A DNA stretch of 64,000 nucleotides, taken from contig NC_091987.1 of NCBI RefSeq assembly GCF_044704955.1, forward strand, positions 80,538,001 to 80,602,000, given 5' to 3'. The stretch comes from Pristiophorus japonicus. Taxonomy: Eukaryota. This document shows, piece after piece, positions 13,805 to 24,157 of this stretch. The position numbers were made by a program, and so were the translations under genes. The first letter of the stretch is position 1. Each line of letters starts with the position of its first letter. Below the pieces are notes generated by a model. That model did not search any database, was not told the DNA's origin, and saw only the letters and a list, made by a program, of their open reading frames with translations.

Positions 13805-15862
13805 CAAAGGCCTTTGACACTGTTAACCGCGAGGGACTATGGAGCGTCCTCCTCCATTTCGGCTCCCCCAAAAAGTTTGTTACCATCCTCTGCCTGCTGT
13901 ATGACAACATGCAAGCCGTAATCCTGACCAATGGATCCACCACAGACCCAATCCAAATCCGGACTGGGATCAAGTAGGGCTGCATCATCGCGCCAATCCT
14001 CTTTTCGATCTTCCTCGCTACAATGCTCCATCTCACGCTCAACAAGCTCCCCGCTGGACTGGAACTAAACTACAGAACCAGCGGGAACCTGTCCAGGCTA
14101 GATTCAAGACCATCCCATCCTCTGTCGTCGAAATACAGTATGCGGACGATGCTTGCATCTGCGCACATCGTCAACATCTTCCCCGAGGTATACGAAAGCA
14201 TAGGCCTTACACTAAACATCCGTAAGACAAAGGTTCTCCACCAACCTGACCCCGCCACACAGCACTGCCCCCCCAGTCATCAAAATCCACGGTGTGGCCT
14301 TGGACAACATGGACCACTTTCCATACCTCGGTAGCCTACTAACAGTAAGGGCAGACATCGACGACGAGGTCCAATACTGCCTCCAGTGCACCAGCGCAGT
14401 CTTTGGTCGGCTGAGGAAGAGAGTGTTAGAAGATCAGGCCCTCAAATCTGGCACCAAGCTTCTGGTCTACAGGGCTGTAGTGATACCCGCCCTCCTGTAT
14501 GGCTCAGAGACATGGACCATATGCAGTACTCACCTCAAATCACTGGAGAAATACCACCAACGATGTCTCCGCAAGATCCTGCAAAGCCCCTGGGAGGACA
14601 AATGCACCAACGTCCGTGTCCTCCATCAGGCCAACATCCCCAGCATTGAAGTATTGACCACACTCAACCAGCTCCATTGGGTGGGCCACATTGTCCGCAT
14701 GCCCGACACGAGACTCCCAAACCAAGAGCTCTACTCGGAACTCCTGCACGGCAGGCGATCCCCAGGTGGGCAAAGGAAACATTTCAAGGACACCCTCAAA
14801 GCCTCCTTGATAAAGTGCAACATCCCACCCACACCTGGGAATCCCTGGCTAAAGACCGCCCTAAGTGGAGGAAGAGCATCCTGGAGGGGGCTGAGCACCT
14901 CGAGTCTCGTTGCCGAGAGCATGCAGAAAACAAGCGCAGACAGCAGAAGGAGCATACGGCAAACCAGACTCCCCACCTACACTTTCCTTAAACCACTGTC
15001 TGTCCCACCTGTGACAGAGACTGTAATTCCCATATTGGACTGTATAGAGTGGAAGCAAGTCTTCCTCAATTTCAAGGGACTGCCTATTATGATGTTAATT
15101 ATCAACCAGCCTCTCCTCAAGTGAAATGTAGAGGTCAGCGTGTTTGAGCTGGCTTCCCAACGCGGTCATTTTCCCTGGCTTTAATCCCCAACCCACACCC
15201 TCTCGCAAAAGTTATATTTTCATCTTTGCAGAGGAAAGTGACACACAACAAACGAGAAAGAACTCGAACAGGAGGAGGCCGGGCAAATTTGCACCTACTG
15301 ACACCCTTGGAAGAGAAGGTCGCTGCTTTGATAGATCCTGCCTGGAGAAAAGCAACCACCACTGCACAAGCTGGACCCACACTTGAGGGAGATGGTAAGT
15401 CCTGCAAATTCCACAGTCTGGCTTTGCTAAATGTTAAATACTGCGAGGGCTAGCCATGCTTCGGTTCATGCGGATGTTTCCATCAGCTATGCTTTGGTTG
15501 ATGCAATGTGCTATCATTCATCATGGTCCTGCAAATCAGCCTTCTACCTGCTATGTGTGAGCCTACTCATGCCACCCACCCTGCCCCCTCCTCTGCTGCT
15601 AATTATTTGTCTGTTCTGTTATATTTTGCAGAACTTGAGGCCAACCCTGACGATGCAGAAGAAGATTCAGACGAGGACGAGCTTGAAGAGAACATCTTCC
15701 AATCCCACCTTCCAGACCAAGAGAATGGGGGGTGGGGGAAAGGGGATGGATGAAGTCCCCACTGTTGTACTCACTTTGGAGGAGGTTCAGGTGCCGCCCA
15801 TTGGGATGCTAGCCCCTTCCCTGAGTTGTGGTTTGAGTGTTATTGGGACATTCCATGGTTTC

Positions 15863-16132
15863 CCACCGTCCGAGGCTGCGGATCCCAGTGGGATGCAGCA
15901 AGGCACACCCAGGGCCCCACAGTCCGAGGCTGCGGGTCCCAGTGGGATGCAGCGAGCCACACCCAGGGCCCCACAGTCCGAGGCTGCGGGTCCCAGTGGG
16001 ATGCAGCGAGCCACACCCAGGGCCCCACAGTCCGAGGCTGCGGGTCCCAGTGGGATGCAGCAAGGCACACCCAGGGTGCCACTATCTGAGGCTACGGGTC
16101 TCACTGGGATGCTGTGAGCCACACCCAGAGTG
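15863..16132 (+). repeat. 54-bp minisatellite x5 (PQSEAAGPSGMQRATPRA) in the Harbinger partner ORF
   Basis: Five in-frame units starting at 15863, 15917, 15971, 16025 and 16079. Confidence 0.95.
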
Positions 16133-16330
16133 AGGAGGGGAAGGAGAGCTCAACTGCGCTCTCCTGAGGTGCAGGACCTAACAGACGAGGTTCAGATGAT
16201 GGCAATGAGTGCGGAGAGGATTGACCTTACCCGATCACTCCTGGACACCATCAGTGGGATGGGTGATGAGGTATCGGGACTGTCGGGAGAAGTAACAACA
16301 CTCTCTGAAACTGAAACCATATTGGTGCAC

Positions 16331-16536
16331 ATGAGGGAGGGAATGTCGTAGGTAGCTGATGCGCTGTCAGTGAACATGAGGAAGGGACTGTCGCAGGTAG
16401 TTGACACATTGTTGCTCAACATGAGGGAGGGCATGTCACAGGTAGGTGAGACACTGGCGGCGAACATAAGGGAGGGAATGTTGGAGGTAGTTGAGACACT
16501 GTCGGGCACATGAGGGAGAGAATTTTGGAGTTAGCT
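16331..16536 (+). repeat. Degenerate 45-bp tandem repeat, about 4.5 copies (MREGMSQVxxxLxxN)
   Basis: ATGAGGGAGGGAATG-like unit starts at 16331, 16376, 16421, 16466 and 16510. Confidence 0.85.
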
Positions 16537-17679
16537 CCAAAACACGCCAAGACCCCGCGCCCATTGACAGAATCAGCTGCCACTCCTACTCCAATGCCCA
16601 GACCAGCCTCTGAAGAGCCCTAAGCCGGGCCTTCAAATTGCCACCTGCCCCCACCCCCCCACCCCCCCATCAACAGGTGCATATTACCCAAGATGTTAGA
16701 AAGAATAAGCTTGGTACCAACCCGAGAAACACTGTGCTACCGCCTGCAGGCAGGGGTGGTGGAGTCACCAAGAACAAGCGTGGCGGGCGGTCTTCGAATA
16801 AGGTGGAGGAGAGATGGGTGCAGCCTTTATTTGCTGCAGTTGTTGTTGTTATTATTGTTACTGTTGTAACTGTTCTTAAATCTAAAGTTTTTTGTAAGTT
16901 ATGTCATTTTACAAGTTTAAAAGTTAGTAAGTAAACTTAAAGTTTTTAAGTGATCTTAAGTGAAAACTTTAAAATTTGATACAAGAATATGTTTATTAAA
17001 GTTAAGTACAATCAAATATTTGTTAAACTTTTGAATAAAATATATTTTAAATTATAACTGAATCATTTCCATTATTTGTTCCATTATTAACACAACTTTT
17101 GAAGTAAACAAGAATTATTTCCATCATTTGTTCCATTAACACAACACAACATTATGGAACAGTTCCAAACAGTAAACATGGTCCATGTGAAATAGTTGCC
17201 ACTGAGCCTTCAGGCAGCAAAGCGTTCATGGATGAGCTGCTGGCGCAAGGCTCGAGCAATCGTTAAAGGGGCATGATGGCCCACTCTCCTCCACCATCGT
17301 GCTCAGTGTTCAGGTAGTTACATGGCTTCCTCGTCCTTGTCCTCCTCCTCATTGTCATCTGCGTCTTCCTCATCATTATCATCAACCACTCTCACCTCAG
17401 GTGGGTCTTCTACTACCAGCTGCTGCTGCTTCATGATGTCTATGTTAAGCAGCATGCAGCACACAACAGTGAACTGACCGACAATCTCAGGGGAGTATAG
17501 CAAGTAGCCTCCGGAATGGTCCAAGCATTGGAAATGCGCAAATCACCAGGGAAAATTGAGCCCTATATATATTTATTAATCTCTCTTTAATTTTTAGGAA
17601 TATTCTTTGACTTTTTCCCTTTTTAATGTACGTCCATGTACATAGTATGTTTAAAAAAAGGCCATGACTAATCATTGAT

Positions 17680-18192
17680 GGCGTGGAAATCCTGGCCTCC
17701 CCGGGTCCGTACTGAGTGTTTACGGACCCGGGAAAGCATCGCAAAAGCCGGTTTTCAGTACACAATGCACATGCACTTGACAGATCTCAGTATATCAGGT
17801 GCGAGGACATTTGCAAAGGCAAGATTGTGGGATTTAACAATATCTTGCCCAGCAAATGTCCTCAAAATTCTTGCGCCTGATAAAAGCAAGCGTATAGCCT
17901 AGTTTTACAGAGTAAGAGTTTAAAAACATACAAAAATATAATAAAATTAAATTTAAAAAAACACATTTTTAAAAACCCTGCCCACTACATTACATTTAAT
18001 TTTAACCATAATTAAAAAAAAATTTTTAAAACTCTGAATTTTTTTTCCTAAGATATTTATTAACTTTAATTTTAATTATGTGAGGTGTGTTTTTTATTTT
18101 TTATTATGTGTTCGGTGTGTTTGTTTTTTTTTCTCATTAATAGCAATGAGAACTTGTAGATACGGGAAGCCTCTGACTGCAATTTCAGCCCC
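17680..18192. mobile_element. Non-autonomous Harbinger-type MITE
   Basis: Imperfect TIRs GGCGTGGAAAT / AATTTCAGCCCC, a subterminal palindrome CCCGGGTCCGTA..TACGGACCCGGG and an AT-rich core. Confidence 0.55.
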
Positions 18193-18315
18193 AATAATAT
18201 AGCAGGCATGTTTAGCAGGATAGGTGCACTAATGATATTGGTATTATGTCTTTAACTCCATTTAGCTACTAATATGGGTTTTTTTGTGAAAATTCTGCCT
18301 TTTGTACACTGATAC

Positions 18316-18525
18316 TGTTATGTATGTAAACCTGTAAATACCATGTCTAACCACCAGAGGGCTTATCCCCTGCAGTCCCAAGAGATCCCACAATCCCTTG
18401 GGAGTACCTGTATATAAGGAGGCCTCACAGGCTGGAGAGGCATTCTGAGATCTGTAATAAAGGACTGCTGTCGCACCTTACTTTGAGCTTGCAGTATCTA
18501 GTCTGACTCTATGCAAGACATAACC
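18316..18525 (+). mobile_element. Gypsy solo LTR inserted in the last coding exon of the HHLA2-like gene
   Basis: TGTTAT...ATAACC (terminal CA mutated to CC). TSD GATAC at 18311-18315 and 18526-18530. Colinear with the 5' LTR at 24158-24369 (AACCACCAGAGGGCTTATCC, AATAAA, TTACTTTGAGCT). Confidence 0.92.
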
Positions 18526-18617
18526 GATACAAGCAGTAATCATTACGAACAGTGCAAGTATTGCAATAATTATTCCAAAATATCGGTGTCTTTGGCTTTC
18601 CTCATGTGGTGCTGAGT
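18478..18617 (-). CDS. HHLA2: HHLA2-like coding exon 5: stalk, transmembrane (YFGIIIAILALFVMITACI) and LTR-derived tail GYVLHRVRLDTASSK*
   Basis: Lies within ORF 18478..18663. Acceptor ctctgttcaaatttcag in phase 1. 19-aa hydrophobic stretch. It is the only TM-like exon I found downstream of IgV2; linkage across the 19.7-kb intron is inferred. Confidence 0.75.
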
Positions 18618-19126
18618 CTGAAATTTGAACAGAGTACATTTTAGAAAACTTCATAGAATTCACACATGCAGTATGTCTGCAAAACTAAAGAAACACAATG
18701 ACTAGGGAATTTAAATAAAAAGAAAAAACTAAAGATTCTGGAATAAAAAGTGGTAAATGGCTGGACACGCACAGCTTAGGTGACTGCCTTTTTGAGGACA
18801 GCTATATTAATACTCTAAAAGAGGAAAAGAGGGTGAGTCATGTACTCCATGAATGATGTTGAAATAGCTAAACATGGTGTCAAATTGGACCTGGGATTCT
18901 TAGAGATTTACTGTGTAACATATCCCACCAATGCAGAACAGCAATCAAAGTAAATAGAATGCTAAACTAAATAGCCAAAACAGTATAATAGAAGTCACAG
19001 GAAGTCACACTCAAACTGTCTAGTGCTCTGGTTAAACCACTCTTTGAGCACTGTCACTAGTTCTGTCCAGTGAATCACATTCAAACACTGGAGGTAGTGC
19101 AGAGAGGAGTCACGAGGCTGATCCCT

Positions 19127-19823
19127 GGGGGTAGAAATTGGCCTCCTTTGCACCTCCCGTTAGCATCTCAGGGTGGGGCGATAATGGGGCACTAACGGCT
19201 TTCCGACTGGACGTGTCAAAAGTACCAATGCCCGCAAACTTCTCTTGCAAATTAACACCACAATCTCCTGCGCTCCGGAGATCATGACGTCATCCGATGC
19301 GCAGCACCCCGTTACCACCCCGGATCCTAAATTTGCTTCCACCCCCTGCAGCATCGCCGGGCATCAATAGCGGCAGCTGCAGGAAGCGTTGTGAGGTCGG
19401 CCGGCTGCTTGGAGAGCGGTACTTAAAGGGATTGGTGGTCAGGTAGGCCAAAAAGAAAATTCTCATCCCTCTCTGCTCGATTTTTAATTTTTCTACTGGC
19501 GTGATTGATCAGCCCTACACTCTGTTAGAGTGGCCTGATCATCGCAGATTGCAGGTACTGAGCAGTTGATTTGGTTCATTACAGTGCCCTCAGCAATGGC
19601 CCTTCCCTTTAAGGGGACATTGTGCAGTGCTTTGTCACTATGATCCCTCTTGCCTCGTTTGGCGCTCCAAGGGAAGTGGTAGCACTTGATTAGCACTCCA
19701 CTTCCATCCTGGAGCGTTAAACCGGATGTTCGTGTCCGCTGGAATTGAGTAGTGCCCGTCGATACTTTTGCACTCCTGCAAAAGCTATCGCCCCAAATGG
19801 GCCACTATGCAATTTCTAAACCC
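19127..19823. mobile_element. Harbinger-type MITE inserted in an old CR1 fragment
   Basis: TIR-like GGGGTAGAAATTG / CAATTTCTAAACCC. The flanking CR1 sequence is continuous across it. Confidence 0.6.
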
Positions 19824-21399
19824 TAGTGTTTGAGGTCTGAGTTATCCATGCTAATATATTAACCCCAACCCCATGAGCTTTTACCTTGTGCAGCAACATT
19901 TTATGTGGCACTTTATCGAATGTCTTCTGGAAATCCAAATACACCACATCCACTGGTTACTCTAATCCACCCTGCTCGTTACATCCTCAAAGAACTCCAG
20001 CAAATTTGGCAAACATGTTACTTTGTTATGAAAACCCCACAGCGCGAAACCTGGTACCAATATACATCCAGTTACTGCCATCTCAGGTCTCAAACACCCC
20101 CATACACCGAATGGCAATTGCAAAGCCAGAGAGAGACAGAATCAGAGAAAGGGAGAGGGAGGTCAGAGTCTGGGGAAACAGAAAACTCCCACCAAATGAT
20201 GTAGATTCAAGCAACTTTTCCTCCATGAAGTAGGTATTTAGGGGAAATATTTTTGGGAGATTTCAAATTGCAGAATAGGCAACTGCATGGATAGGTTTAA
20301 TGATTTTGTTGTGAATTGAGTCATTTGTATGTATGTGTGCTTCCTCTGTAGAGCCCAGTATGAAGAATAAATGTCTGCAATCCTAAACATGCACAATACT
20401 AGCATGACATAACATTTAAAACTGAATAACATCAATCCTACTATGAACCGAGGTAACAAATTATTCAGCACACAAGAACCTCATACAAAGCTAAATGATA
20501 GTGAAACAGCATCATACCAAATTATATAAATTATTAGAGACAAATTCATCCAGACAGTCAAATCTCAGACATTCTTTCCTGATTACGTAGGACCAAAGAA
20601 CACAAATAAAAATTGTACAAAATGTCTCCCAATGGAAAATATTCTGATCTAATGCCAACATTATCAATTCCATAGTTACCAGTGAAATGCTCAATGGAAA
20701 TGACTGCCAGACAAAACAAAAACCACTCACTAAAAGGAATCAGGCAACTGTTATCAGAAACATTCATTATTAACTGTGAAAAGGGGAAAAATGATAAGAA
20801 TACCTCCAACTGTCTGTCTACTTTTCAGATTTTATTTCTCATTTCACAATTAAATGATCATGTTTTCCGTGTTTGAAAAATCAGGAAAGTAAAATCAAGA
20901 ACTACAAATCTAAAAACTGCAAAAGATGCATAATACAGCAGTTGTCCAAAAGATGACGTCATTTGATTTCTCCTGATTATCAGTTATATTACCCCAACAT
21001 GAGTTAGTGTCTTCAACTGAGTAGGGGAAAAATGTGGGGGGGGGGTGTGGAGGGAGATCCTGCCTAACAAATATACATAGAAATAGAATACAAAATTGGG
21101 GGGTTTTAGTTTACAGAAAATAGGGCGCTAATGTTGTAGCTGTCATGATGCATTTCCACTTGTTTAAGTCATGCAACCAGTACTCCCTGGTACTTTTCTT
21201 AAACTACTAATTCTCAGTGTATGTCCTCCATTTAGGTTATTGAATAAAACGTCAGCCACTTCTAAGTTTCTTTGAGTAAGAAAGCTACAAGAAGTACTCT
21301 AAATTACATTAAGACATTCTTCAAGTTAGTTTAATGTCGTCCATCACCTATTATGTAAAATTGAGGATGGATGGTAATTGGTGCTGCTGCCATCTTCCT

Positions 21400-22040
21400 C
21401 TCTGGCCATTGTCTCAGGCTGACACAGACTGTTCACAACCTTGGTGTCCTGAGCAGAGTTTCCAACCCCATATCCTCAGCATCATAAAAACTGCTTACTC
21501 CCACCTCTAACACATCGCCCACCTTCATCTTTACCTTAACACATCTGCTGCTGAAACCTCATTCATACCATGGTCCACTCCAGACTCTATTACTCCAATG
21601 GGCCAGCCTCCCATCCTCCACTCTCTTTACCAAATCTCCACTGCCTGTATCCTATCCCGTATCAAGGTCGTCTCATCCATCACTCTGTCCTTACTGACCT
21701 ACAGCGGTTCACAGACCCCCAGCGCCTTCAGTTTAAAATTCTCACCCTCATGTTTAAATCACTCCATGGCCTTACCCCAGCTTATTTCTGTAACATCTTC
21801 CAGCCCTACAACACCCTTCTCAAATTCATAGTTCCTCTGGACTCTTGTGCATCTCCCTCCTCCCATTTCACCCCTTTGTTGGCAGCCATGTTCTTGAATT
21901 GCCTCCCTAAACCTTTCTGTTTATCCTACTCCCCATTTTCCTTTCAGACCTTCCTTAAAACCTACCCTCTTGACCAGGCTTTTGGTCACTTCTTATTTGG
22001 CTTGGTGTTTGTTTTCCCTTCGGCCTCTGAAGTGTCTTAG
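21400..22040 (+). mobile_element. L2-clade LINE 3' fragment, old
   Basis: VHNLGV, AAETLIH.MV.SRLYYSN, LQFKILTLMFKSLHGLTPAY and FQTFLKTY motifs. Confidence 0.75.
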
Positions 22041-23220
22041 AAACATAGAAATCTACAGAGCAGAAGGAGGCCATTTAGGCCCATTGTGTCCGCGCCGGCC
22101 AACAAAGAGCCACATGACTCTCGGTCAGCAGCCCTGAAGGTTACATATAAACCTATGAACAATGGCGCACAGGTAAAGAGCCAACCAGTCCGTCCCACAC
22201 AATTGCGACACTCCTTGCACCGCAACATTCTACACTCCACCTCAATAGGAGCCATGCAATCTCCTGGGAGAGGCAAAAAAACAGGTAAAAACCCAGGCCA
22301 ATTGGGGAAAGAAATCTGGGAAAATTCCTCTCTGACCCATCCAGGCAATCGAAATAGTCCAGGAGATCACCCAGGCCATATTCGATTCCCTACAGTACTT
22401 ACCATCGTATCTGGCCAGCCAACAAGAGATTATCCAGTTTAATTCCACTTACTAGCTCTAGGTCCGTAACCCTGCAGGTTACAGCACTTCAAGTGCCCAT
22501 CCAAGCATCCAATGTGGTGAAGGTTTCTGCATCCACCACCCTTCCAGGCAGTGAGTTCCAGACCCCCACAACCCTCTGCGTGAAGAAGCCCCCCACCCCT
22601 CAAATCCCCTCTGTACCTTCCACCAACCACCTTAAAACTATGCCCCTCGTAATAGACCCCTCCACCAATACGCGACCAGAACTGTACGCAGTATTCCAGC
22701 TGTGGCCTAACCAGAGTATTATACAATTTAAGCATAACCTCCCTGCTCTTAGCCAATAAAGGCAAGCATTCCATATGCCTTCTTACTCACTTTATCTACC
22801 TGGCCTGCTACTTTCAGGAATCTATGGACAACCACTACAAGGTCCCATTGTTCATCTACACTTCTAAGTAGCCTACAATTTAATGTGTATACCCTTTCCT
22901 TATTAGCCCTCCCCAAGTGCATTACCTCACACTTCTCCGAATTAAATTCCATTTGCCACTGTTCTGCCCACCTGACCATTAGATTGATATCCTCCTGCAA
23001 TCCATGACTTTCCTCTTCATTATCAACCACACAGTCAATTTTACTGTCATCTGTAAACTTCTTAATCAAAGTCCCTATATTCAAATCTAGATCATTGATA
23101 TATATCACAAAAAACCTTTGCTTTCTATCTCTAAGCCAATTTTGGATCCAACTTGCCACTTTGCCCTGAATCCCATTGGCTTTAACCTTCGTGACCAGTC
23201 TACCATGTGGGACCTTATCA
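22040..23220 (-). mobile_element. Old CR1 3' fragment
   Basis: LVRPQLEYCVQFW, WQMEFNSEKCEVMH and IYINDLD motifs. Confidence 0.85.
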
Positions 23221-23529
23221 TGTGATGTTTTTCTTCATTAAAAGCACTATGCAAATGAATGTTATTGTTCAGTTACAAAACAGCCACAGGAGAGCTGAGC
23301 CAAAATAGTTTACATTGGATAAATGCTTGTTACTTGTTGCTAATGGAGTCACAACACAACCTATGTGACCTCCTGAAAATTGGGCTTATGGTCTTTTGTT
23401 TATCAAAAGCTTAAAGCAATATGCACAATAAAGTAAGTAAACAAATTACATATCTTGTTACCAGGTATCACATTTAGAGAATTGTACCTTATAGAACACA
23501 AAAGAAATTGAAGACATCAATCCATTATT

Positions 23530-24082
23530 TCATAGAACCATAAAAATTTACATCACAGAAGGGAGCCATTTGGCCCATCGTATCTGTGCCAGTCAACAAA
23601 GAGCTATCCAGCCTAATCCCACTTTCTAGCTCTTGCTCTGTAGCCTTGTAGGCTATGGAAATTCAATTGCATATCCAAGTACTTTTTAAATGTTATGAGG
23701 GTTTCTGCCTCTGCCACCCTTTCAGGCAGTGAGTTCCAGACACCCACCACCCTCTGGAAGAACATTTTTCTCCTCAAATCCCCTCAAAACCTTCGACCAA
23801 TTACTTTAAATCTATGCCCCCTGGTTATTGACCCCTCTGCTAAGGGAAATAAGTCCTTCCTATCCACTCTATCTAGGCGCCTCATAATTTTATACAACTC
23901 AATTAGGCCTCCACTCAGCCTCCTCTGTTCCAAAGAAAACAACCCCAGCCTATCCAGTCTTTCCTCATAGTTACAATTCTCCAGTCCAGGCAACATCTTT
24001 GTAAATCATCTCTATACCCGCTCTAGTGCAAATACATCTTTTGTGTAAAAGTGGTGACCAGAACTGCTGCAGTACTCTAGCT
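23530..24082 (-). mobile_element. Old CR1 3' fragment
   Basis: YEERLDRLGLFSLEQRRL..TRGH motif and CR1 3' UTR. Confidence 0.85.
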
Positions 24083-24157
24083 TTTATGTCCACTTGAACA
24101 GGCAGATGGGGCCTTGGTTTAATCTCATTTGAAAGATGGATCCTTTGATATTGCAGG

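Larger units (their letters stand above)
4910..15091 (+). mobile_element. Near-full-length RTE LINE, 5'-inverted (4910-~10195 minus, ~10196-15091 plus), carrying three nested insertions
   Basis: TSD ATGTTAATTA at 4900-4909 and 15092-15101. The minus part carries the 5' UTR, MKFRTWNIRTL and IARELRCFD..ALSETR (endonuclease start). The plus part resumes ISERIMTLRL and runs through RT (PESQCGFRP, DLSKAFD) to the tail. Confidence 0.82.
15102..17563. mobile_element. PIF/Harbinger transposon remnant with convergent Myb/SANT-partner gene (+) and transposase C-terminus (-)
   Basis: Plus-strand spliced pieces 15232-15394 and from 15632 (HNKRERTRTGGG..LTPLEE; ttgcag acceptors, GTAAGT donor). Minus strand 17210-~17537 reads RFQCLDHSGGYLLYSP..VVCCML. 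TIR-like end GGGAAAATTGAGCCC. Left edge uncertain. Confidence 0.8.

Noticed and set aside
15863-16536. Tandem arrays as a CRISPR-like locus
   Set aside because: Units are head-to-tail without unique spacers, there are no cas genes, and the context is a eukaryotic transposon.
20024-21115. Possible further solo LTR (TGTTATGAAAACCCC ... GGGGTTTTAGTTTACA)
   Set aside because: The terminal inverted repeat is imperfect, there is no matching TSD and no second copy in the window. A repeat-library search is needed.
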